Assembly: GCA_965197905.1 (NCBI GenBank)
Contig: CBDAOB010000003.1
Span: 736,001 to 800,000 of the forward strand
Source of the DNA: Candidatus Latescibacterota bacterium
GTDB taxonomy: Bacteria; Latescibacterota; UBA2968; UBA8231
Length of the DNA: 64,000 nucleotides
Reading direction: 5' to 3'
Positions 29,313 through 37,008 of this stretch are shown here, in pieces (positions within the stretch are counted from its first letter, which is position 1; every line of letters starts with the position of its first letter). Position numbers and translations under genes: made by a program. A model generated the notes under the pieces. That model saw only the letters and a list, made by a program, of their open reading frames with translations. It had not been told where the DNA came from and did not search any database.

Positions 29313-32300
29313 ATGACTGTCGGGGAATGTGCAACCCATTCAAAGAGATCCGCAACGCTGCGGTTGGGTCCGCTGATGCGCTCGACCGCTGAGGAATTCG
29401 GATCAGCGTTGCGTCGAACCTTGATGCGCTTGCCGGGTCTGGCCGCACGCGCCGTGAAAATGGAGGCGGCTCACGAATTCTCTTTGCTCCCGGGGGTCGT
29501 CGAGGACGCGCTAGAGATCGTGGAGAATCTAAGATTGATCCAGTTCCGGGGTGGCGATGGACCGCACTACGTGACCATCGATGTGGAGGGGCCGGCTGCA
29601 GTGACCGGATCGGATCTGGCTGGTCCCGGACTGCAGGTGGTGAACCCGAATCAACCGATTGCCACGGTGAATCACGGTGGACGCCTCGAAATGAAGGTTG
29701 AGGTGGCTCTCTCGTTGGATCGGGAATCAGGCCGAGACCGTCGCACCGGGGGTTTCCTGGAGGTCGGCGGCGTCTCTCATCCCGTTACTCGGGTGCAGCT
29801 ACACGTGGAAGAGCGCGATAAAGGGGCGTTCTTGAGCTTGAGCGTGGCGACCAACGGAAGCGTCGAGCCCCGGGTGGCCATCGATCAGGCGGCAACTCTG
29901 CTAGCGTCAGTAGCGACAGGCGAAAGGACTCGGGCCCTCTGCCGCCAGGTTTTGAACGCAAAGACGTTGTCGGAGCCGGCGACTAAGGCGCCACCTCCGG
30001 TCCCGACAGCCCGTGACCTGAGCAAGATGCCACCGGGCATCGAAGTTCCAGACCTTACGGAGTTGTGCCACAGTTCGTTCGAATCCTTTGCACAGCGCGG
30101 GGTGGCACCCAGCCGGCGCCGAAACTCGGGGTTGCAACGATTGCTAAAAGAGGCCTTCGCGGTACAGGAGGAAGCCGAGTTCTCCAGCTACACCCTTAGC
30201 GAGCCGCACTCTGAACCCTCGGAATGTGTGAAATACGGTACGAGCTACCAAGCCGAGTTGACGGTTCGTCACAAGCGGAATGGTGCCCATACAGCCGAAG
30301 ATACGGTTGTGGGTCACCTACCCGTGATGACGGCTCGCGGAACCTTCGTGGTCTCTGGTGTGGAGAAGGTGGCGATGGGCGAGTTGGTGGACGCCTGCGC
30401 GAACAGGACCACGCGGGAGAACGATCTGGCCGAGCGCCGTATAAGGCTCGTAGGAGAGCAGCTGTTCGAGGCATTGGCCGGTGCTTTCGACAGTGCCACC
30501 GAGCAGGAGAATGAACTCCGATTTCCTTACTTCGCTGAAACCGTTAGTAGTTTTTTTACCGCAAATCCGTTGGTGCAACGAGCGGAGACCACAAACCCGC
30601 TGGCGCTCTTGACCCAGCTGCGCCGGGTGGTGCAAACGGATGTGGGTCGGCAACGGGGCTATCTGCCGCGCCAGATTCACCGGTCCCATTGGGGCCGTCT
30701 CTGCAGCATCGATACGCCGGAAGGGGAGCGGATCGGTCTGAATCTGACCGTGGCGGTCCTCGCAGGGGTAGACGAGGATGGCTTCCTTACCGCACCGTAC
30801 CGGCGTCGAACGGACGGCGATCTGGCGTATCTCAACGCCGCCGAGCAGGCGGCCACGACCGTCACCGACGGTTGCTGCTCGGATGGTGACCTGGTCGCCC
30901 GCTACGGCGGCAAGATTCTGGCGCTGAAAGCGGGCGAGATCGTGCGAACCGAGGAAGGTGATGTTGAGTACCTCACCACTCACTCGGCGCACACCCTGGG
31001 TCCTTCCGCCAGCCTCATTCCGTTTCTGGCCAACGACGATTCCAACCGTGCGTTGATGGGGAACAATATGCAAAAGCAGGCGCTGCCTCTGCTCCATCCT
31101 CAGGCTCCGATGGTGCGGACGGGAATGGAAGGCCGCGTCGCCACAGATGCGCGCGCCGCCGTTCTGGCGCCCGCTGAAGGGGTGGTTGAGCGGGTGTCGG
31201 CGGAAGAGATCGTCGTCCGCGGTCACGGCGAACACTCCTTTGGACTGGAAGGGTTTGTTCCCTCTGCCCTCAGTACCTGTCAACGGCAACGACCGTTGGT
31301 TCGACGCGGCCAGAGTGTCACCGCAGGTCAGGTCCTGGCGGACGGTCCTGCCACCGACCATGGAGATCTGGCGCTGGGTCGCAACGTCCTGGTCGGTTTC
31401 CTGCCGTGGGATGGGTTCAATTTCGAGGATGCTGTCGTTGTAAGTCAGCGACTGGTTGACGAAGAAGCGTTCACCTCAGTCAAGGTGAAGGAATACATCG
31501 ACGTGATCCGGAATACCGACACAGATCGCCTCTCCATCGGGATCGGCCACTTGCCACGCAGCACCGGTGACAACCTGTCTCCGTCCGGAATCGTACGCGA
31601 GGGAGCGTCGGTCGCGGGAGGCGATATTTTGGTCGCCAAGTCGACCTCCGGAGCGGAGAGGATCGACCGCTCGCTGCGCCTGCCGTCCGGGCATGCGGGC
31701 ACCGTAATCGGAGTCGATCATTTCATCGCGGACCAGGGCGACCCGTTGGCCGCGAATGTCGAGCAGCTCATCAAGATAAGGGTGGCTGTGCGCCGGCCAC
31801 TGAAGGTTGGGGACAAGCTGGCCAGTCGTCATGGCGCCAAGGGAGTGGTGGGATTGGTTCTTCCCGAAGACGAGATGCCGGTGTTGCCCGACGGAAGGGC
31901 GCTGGAGATGTTGGTGAGCCCGCTGGGATTGCCCAGCCGCATGAACTTCGGCCAGATCCTCGAAGCCCACACCGGCTTTGCTGCCCACGCGCTCAATTGC
32001 ACCGTCGAATCGCCCGGTTTCAACGGTGCCCTTGCCGAGGAGGTGGGTGGCCTCCTGGAAGAGGCCGGCCTGCCGCGCAGCGGCATGTTGCGGCTGCGCG
32101 ACGGGCGCACCGGACAGCTCTTCGAGCGCGAGACGACCGTCGGGTATATCTACTACATGAAGCTGCACCACATGGCCGAGGATCTGATCAAAACGAGGCC
32201 CGCCGGCCCAATGACCACGGAGGAAAACCCCGAGAAACCGCAGGGATATCGGCTGGGCATCATGGAAACCTGGGCTCTGCAAGCTCACGGCGCCGCACAC

Positions 32301-35066
32301 ATGTTGCGCGAGATGTCGACGGTACAAGGCGGGCAGGAGCAGGAGGTGACCTACGACGCCCTCGTGCACGGGGTTGATTTTCCGCCGCCCCAGCCGACCC
32401 AATCTATTGCCAGGCTTGCCAGGCAGCTGCGCGGGCTCTGCCTCGATCTCCAGCTGCACGACGCCGGCGGTCATCAAATCAGTCTGAAGGAAGCGGGAGA
32501 AGCGCCGGATCTGGATGCGATCGAGATGGCATCCGTAGAATTCGCAACATCGCAGACCGTCGATAGTTGGGGAATCGTAACCGAACTTCCGGACGCGACG
32601 GCAGTGGAAGCGTTTTTGCAGGGCGATGCCCGAGACGGTGTAGGTCTGATCCCGTTGGCCTGTCCGGTACTGCACCCCTGGCGAACCATGTTGCCCGCGG
32701 ATACGACGCCATCGGAGATTGCCAAGCTTCCAGTGCTGGCGCGATCCCTGAGGAATGGGCGCGCCCACGATTCGCTCTATCTGGCGCTGGCAGCCGTGAA
32801 CGACATCGTGCGGTCGGATGATACCTCCGACCACGAAATCCGCACGGCACTCCAGGAGGCGGTGGACGAGCTTTTCGGCGACGGCGGCGGCGGCGATGGC
32901 TTGAATCGATTGCTCTACGGGAAGCGTGGTTGGTTTGCCGCCGCAATGACCGGAACTAGGGTGGACTACTCGGGCAAGGCGGTCATCGCGCCAGGACCGA
33001 ACCTGCTCCAGGATGAATGCGGACTGCCGCGAAGAATGGCACGTTCTTTGTTCGCGCCATTCGTGGTCGGAGCCTTGTTGCGAGCCGGGAAAGCGAAGTC
33101 GGAAGAGGAGGCGCGCCGCATGATACGAGACGGGCGCGCCGAACGAGAGCTGGACGAGATTGCCTCGACGAAGCTGGTACTGCTACACCGGGCGCCGGTC
33201 CTGCACCGCTGGGGCATTCAAGCGTTCAAGCCGGTGTTGACCGAGGAGGAGGTTCTGCGGCTGCACCCGCTGACCAACGTGACCTTCAACGCCGACTTCG
33301 ACGGCGATGCGCTGGAGGTGTTCCTCCCTCTATCCGCTATCGCACAGCGCGAAGCGCAGGAGATGAGACCCACCAACAACCAGTTGGGCTCGGCCGACGG
33401 CACCTACATCCACGGCTTGAGCCAGGAGATGGTATTCGGTTGTTATTACGCGACCGCCGCGACCGCCACGGAGAAGCCGGTAATTGACCTCGCCAGCACG
33501 GACGCGGTGGCGGCCACCTTCGACCGCGGAGACGTGCGCATTCATGACCCGGTGAGAGTAATGGATGGGAGCTCACGCATTTCATCCGTGGGTCGCGTTT
33601 TGTTCGGTCAGCTGCTGCCGGATGGGTTGGAATGGACGGACGGGCAAGTCGACAAACGGGCACTGAAGGACCTGCTCGATCGGTGTTGGCACCAGTTGGG
33701 CCCCCCGTCTGCTGCCGAGCTGGCGAACGCAATGATGGTTTTCGGCTTTCGCATGGCAACCCGGTCAGGCGTATCGATCGGCAAAGACACCTATTCTCAG
33801 TTCAGCGGCTACGACGAGATGCTCGCCGCCGCGTGGCAGCGTGCGGACGAGCTCGCGGCCACCGACAACGACGAGCAAAGGATCGTCGATCACTGGATGG
33901 AAGTGCGTGATCGAATGACCGTGCAGGCGTTGGAAGAGCATGCCGCCATAGAGGACGGTCTCAATCCGACCCACATGATGGTTGTATCCGGAGCGCGGGG
34001 CAATTCGAATCAGCTGCTCCAGCAGATCGCCATGCGTGGTCTTTTTGTGCGCCAGGACGGTTCCCTTTATTCGATCCCATGTACGACCACCAACGTGCGG
34101 GGACAAAACCCGCTCGAGTTCCTTGCGGGGGTTGAAGGAGCACGCCGAGGTCTGGCGGATTGCACCTTGAAGGCTGCGCGCTCAGGATATCTCTTCAAGA
34201 GGATCGTCAGCTCGGTACAAGACGTGTTGATCACCGAGGAGAACTGCGGCACCGATGCCAGCCTGGAAAAACGGCCGCTCCGTGTGCGCCAGCGGGAAGT
34301 GCAAACGCTTGAGAACCGAATCGCCGGGCGGTTTGCCGCCGCCGATATCCTGTTTCCGGGAAGTAAAGCTCCGATCGTGGCGGCCGGGAACCTGATTGGC
34401 AGAGTTGAAGCTGCCGAGATTGGAGAAAGTGCCGTCGAGTCGGTTCTCGTTCGCTCGCCCATAACATGCGAATCCTCACGGGGCGTCTGCAGCAAATGTT
34501 ATGGGGTCGAGCTGAGCCGCTGGTCGCCGGCGACGGCCCACCTGCCGGTCGGTATCATCGCTGCCCAATCACTGGGCGAGCCGCTGACGCAGCTCACCAT
34601 GCGGTCGTTCACCTTGTCGATGCAGGGACAGCCTCCATCTGCAAACATCATCGCCAGCCTACCTGGACTGGAGGATTTGTTCGAGGCGGGCAAAAGACCC
34701 GGGAAGGAAGCATCGGAACTGCGAACCGCTCTGGTCGAGATGCTGGAGAAGGAAGGTTCGGGGTGCGCAGGAGCCTACCTTCTGGACGCGGTGCTCCTGC
34801 ACTATCGCAACATGGGAGTTCCCCTCGACGACAGACACCTGGAGATCGTCATCCGTCGGATGGTCCGTAGCGACGGGATCGACAGTGGACCGACTATCAG
34901 GGGCGTGACTGAAGTTGCGCGTCAGGGCAACGACTTCATGACGGCGGCGGTTTCCTTCGATGGAGTAGCCGCGCTGGCGCGGGCGGCCGCCAGCAGCCAA
35001 CGGATGCACCTGGATGGTGTGAGCAGCAGCACCGCTTTCGGCAAGCTTATGCCTGCAAGGGTCTAG
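29313..35066 (+). CDS. Single-chain minimal RNA polymerase: alpha-NTD + reduced beta + reduced beta' fusion (1917 aa)
   Basis: Alpha: ALRRTL, HEFSLLPGVVED, VVNPNQPIAT, TNGSVEP. Beta: TPEG..IGL, LIPFL..DD.NRALMG.NMQ.QA, NFED, GDKLASRHGAKG, PSRMN.GQ, KLHH. Beta': RVDYSG, RAPVLHR, NADFDGD, SGARG, GARRGLAD, GEPLTQLTMR. Confidence 0.95.
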   Translation: MTVGECATHSKRSATLRLGPLMRSTAEEFGSALRRTLMRLPGLAARAVKMEAAHEFSLLPGVVEDALEIVENLRLIQFRGGDGPHYVTIDVEGPAAVTGSDLAGPGLQVVNPNQPIATVNHGGRLEMKVEVALSLDRESGRDRRTGGFLEVGGVSHPVTRVQLHVEERDKGAFLSLSVATNGSVEPRVAIDQAATLLASVATGERTRALCRQVLNAKTLSEPATKAPPPVPTARDLSKMPPGIEVPDLTELCHSSFESFAQRGVAPSRRRNSGLQRLLKEAFAVQEEAEFSSYTLSEPHSEPSECVKYGTSYQAELTVRHKRNGAHTAEDTVVGHLPVMTARGTFVVSGVEKVAMGELVDACANRTTRENDLAERRIRLVGEQLFEALAGAFDSATEQENELRFPYFAETVSSFFTANPLVQRAETTNPLALLTQLRRVVQTDVGRQRGYLPRQIHRSHWGRLCSIDTPEGERIGLNLTVAVLAGVDEDGFLTAPYRRRTDGDLAYLNAAEQAATTVTDGCCSDGDLVARYGGKILALKAGEIVRTEEGDVEYLTTHSAHTLGPSASLIPFLANDDSNRALMGNNMQKQALPLLHPQAPMVRTGMEGRVATDARAAVLAPAEGVVERVSAEEIVVRGHGEHSFGLEGFVPSALSTCQRQRPLVRRGQSVTAGQVLADGPATDHGDLALGRNVLVGFLPWDGFNFEDAVVVSQRLVDEEAFTSVKVKEYIDVIRNTDTDRLSIGIGHLPRSTGDNLSPSGIVREGASVAGGDILVAKSTSGAERIDRSLRLPSGHAGTVIGVDHFIADQGDPLAANVEQLIKIRVAVRRPLKVGDKLASRHGAKGVVGLVLPEDEMPVLPDGRALEMLVSPLGLPSRMNFGQILEAHTGFAAHALNCTVESPGFNGALAEEVGGLLEEAGLPRSGMLRLRDGRTGQLFERETTVGYIYYMKLHHMAEDLIKTRPAGPMTTEENPEKPQGYRLGIMETWALQAHGAAHMLREMSTVQGGQEQEVTYDALVHGVDFPPPQPTQSIARLARQLRGLCLDLQLHDAGGHQISLKEAGEAPDLDAIEMASVEFATSQTVDSWGIVTELPDATAVEAFLQGDARDGVGLIPLACPVLHPWRTMLPADTTPSEIAKLPVLARSLRNGRAHDSLYLALAAVNDIVRSDDTSDHEIRTALQEAVDELFGDGGGGDGLNRLLYGKRGWFAAAMTGTRVDYSGKAVIAPGPNLLQDECGLPRRMARSLFAPFVVGALLRAGKAKSEEEARRMIRDGRAERELDEIASTKLVLLHRAPVLHRWGIQAFKPVLTEEEVLRLHPLTNVTFNADFDGDALEVFLPLSAIAQREAQEMRPTNNQLGSADGTYIHGLSQEMVFGCYYATAATATEKPVIDLASTDAVAATFDRGDVRIHDPVRVMDGSSRISSVGRVLFGQLLPDGLEWTDGQVDKRALKDLLDRCWHQLGPPSAAELANAMMVFGFRMATRSGVSIGKDTYSQFSGYDEMLAAAWQRADELAATDNDEQRIVDHWMEVRDRMTVQALEEHAAIEDGLNPTHMMVVSGARGNSNQLLQQIAMRGLFVRQDGSLYSIPCTTTNVRGQNPLEFLAGVEGARRGLADCTLKAARSGYLFKRIVSSVQDVLITEENCGTDASLEKRPLRVRQREVQTLENRIAGRFAAADILFPGSKAPIVAAGNLIGRVEAAEIGESAVESVLVRSPITCESSRGVCSKCYGVELSRWSPATAHLPVGIIAAQSLGEPLTQLTMRSFTLSMQGQPPSANIIASLPGLEDLFEAGKRPGKEASELRTALVEMLEKEGSGCAGAYLLDAVLLHYRNMGVPLDDRHLEIVIRRMVRSDGIDSGPTIRGVTEVARQGNDFMTAAVSFDGVAALARAAASSQRMHLDGVSSSTAFGKLMPARV

Positions 35067-35111
35067 GTCGAACGAGTTCGCGCAGACGGCACGCCCAATC
35101 CCAAACCATGC

Positions 35112-36086
35112 TCAAAAAGGAGACTTGACCCCCAGCTCCATGGCGATGCGCTCCAACGCCACCTGATGTTCGGGACCCACGGGAATCCCATGCCGGCGGT
35201 TCTCCTGCTCCCACCGCCATTCGGACCCCCCGGCCACTTCTGCCCCGTCTGACCCGGGCAAAGGCTCCAGAGTTCGGACCTCCGCGACGTACCGGTCCAC
35301 CGCCTCGCACAACTCGTCCAGCGGCATGAAGTGGCTGATATCGACGACCAGAATGAAGGATCCCTGGTTCGATTCCCATGGAGAATCTGGCGCTCGGAGG
35401 TCAGGCTGGTAGATCCCCGGGAATACCCCGCCCAACAGTTGAACGATGTTGCTCAGTCCCATGGCTTTAAAGAACGGAAACGGGTTTTCGACACATGAGG
35501 ATTCGTCGAAAGAGAGGAAGCTACTCCCCATGTCTAGAACTACCGGAGGTTGATTCTTCGTGGGGAACGCAACGCTTACGGGTGAATTGGTCACCGTGCT
35601 AAATATCGATTCTCCCGCTTCCCGGGAGGTCCGATGGGAGGACACCGCCATGCCGATGCAACCTGCCGACAGAGCCAAGCGAGTATAGTTACCGGCTGCC
35701 CCGAAATGATAGTGGTTTCGCGTTGTCAGCGCGGCAACGCCACTCGCCCGTGCTTTCGTTATCGCCCGCTGCGTACCCCGATAGCAAGGGAAATACCCCA
35801 ATCCTCCATCCCCGTCGATGACCAGGGCACCTGTTGACTCGCTGACGTCTCGAAGCTCGGGACGCGGATTCACGGCCCCTGTGGCTATCTTGCGAACATA
35901 ATCGGGAATCTGCAGCGTTCCGTGGCTGAACACACAGCGAAGATCGTTCGCTACGAGCAACTCACTCATCAGCAGCGCATCCTCGTGTGTGGTGCCGGCG
36001 CGCTCGAAAAGTTGAGCGGTAAAGCCATCCATGACCTCGCGCGGTATTCGAACGCCGGTTTCAGGAGGCCGATTCTGTTTCGCCAC
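35112..36086 (-). CDS. Ldh_2 family (type 2 malate/L-lactate dehydrogenase-like) oxidoreductase
   Basis: DLR...SHG, DGDGGLG, N.YHFGA, TNSP, LDM. Confidence 0.85.
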   Translation of the reverse strand: MAKQNRPPETGVRIPREVMDGFTAQLFERAGTTHEDALLMSELLVANDLRCVFSHGTLQIPDYVRKIATGAVNPRPELRDVSESTGALVIDGDGGLGYFPCYRGTQRAITKARASGVAALTTRNHYHFGAAGNYTRLALSAGCIGMAVSSHRTSREAGESIFSTVTNSPVSVAFPTKNQPPVVLDMGSSFLSFDESSCVENPFPFFKAMGLSNIVQLLGGVFPGIYQPDLRAPDSPWESNQGSFILVVDISHFMPLDELCEAVDRYVAEVRTLEPLPGSDGAEVAGGSEWRWEQENRRHGIPVGPEHQVALERIAMELGVKSPF

Positions 36087-36105
36087 GTTGCCCGATCTGA
36101 CGGTG

Positions 36106-36453
36106 CTATTTCAGGTAGGTATCTTTGACGACGATTTTCCCGTCCCTGAAGGTAAAGACGTCGCAGCCCCGCTGCTCAACAACAGTTCCATCCTCTGTGT
36201 CGGTTCCTGCAAATACCCACTCCGACACCCCGCGATCGGCGCTGACGAAATGCCGCGGGGATTCGAAGCGGACATCAGGGAACGATTCCAGCACGGAACA
36301 GAAGGTTTCGCGCACCTGTGCAGCGCCCTCCACCTTCGTGCCATCAGATGAAACGAACACGCTATCTTCGGCCATGTGCGCCATAATGGCATCCACATCG
36401 TGCCTGTTCCAGGCGTCGGCGAACGCCTCCAGGAATGAGATCGTCGGCATCAA
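36106..36453 (-). CDS. SnoaL-like / NTF2-fold protein
   Basis: FADAWNRHDVDA, GCDVFTFRDGKIVVKDTY. Confidence 0.85.
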   Translation of the reverse strand: MMPTISFLEAFADAWNRHDVDAIMAHMAEDSVFVSSDGTKVEGAAQVRETFCSVLESFPDVRFESPRHFVSADRGVSEWVFAGTDTEDGTVVEQRGCDVFTFRDGKIVVKDTYLK

Positions 36454-36612
36454 TTACCTCCCCTTTCTTGACCGTTCTTCTTCTCCAATCAAGGCTCAGA
36501 GCCGAATAATACCAAGTCGTCATTGATATCTGAGTGCGTCGGTGTAATTTATCAAGTTGGCCCCTTAGCGTCAGACCAGGAAGAACCCCCAAACCTACCC
36601 TTTGGAGAGAGG

Positions 36613-37008
36613 ATGCCCAAACCACCTACATCCGATGTCCAGCAAGTCATTCAAGGGGCGCCTGTCGTTCAGGTCGAGAGCCCGCAAAAGACCGCGGAAT
36701 ACTATCGCGACGTGCTCGGATTCAAGTTCGATTACGGTACCGATGACTACGCCGTCGTCTGGCGCGACAACGCCGCCATTCACTTTTTCAAGGGCGAAAA
36801 ACCTGCTTCAGGGATAAAGATCTTTCTCTGGGTCAAGAATGCGGATGAGGTGCGCTCTGAACTCGGGAAAACGGGCGCAAAAATATCGGTCGAAGTCGAC
36901 GATCGCGACTACGGCATTCGTGATTTCGGTGTCACCGATTGCAACGGCCTCGAGCTGGTGATAGGCCATGACCTACATTGGAGCCCAGATGAATGCGCGG
37001 AATCCTAA
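36613..37008 (+). CDS. VOC / glyoxalase-bleomycin-resistance family protein
   Basis: YYRDVLGF, DRDYGIRDFGVTD.NG. Confidence 0.85.
   Translation: MPKPPTSDVQQVIQGAPVVQVESPQKTAEYYRDVLGFKFDYGTDDYAVVWRDNAAIHFFKGEKPASGIKIFLWVKNADEVRSELGKTGAKISVEVDDRDYGIRDFGVTDCNGLELVIGHDLHWSPDECAES

Noticed and set aside
30318..32834. Long antisense ORFs (347 aa and 452 aa) and similar shadows at 14316..15587, 20685..21686 and 51362..52417
   Set aside because: These are shadow frames of high-GC coding genes with no recognisable motifs.
29313..35066. Reading the ORF as the housekeeping rpoBC or as a misassembled chimera of rpoA, rpoB and rpoC
   Set aside because: It diverges throughout at normally invariant positions, the deletions are in frame at domain boundaries with novel linkers, and no ribosomal operon context is present. 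Read mapping is still advised.
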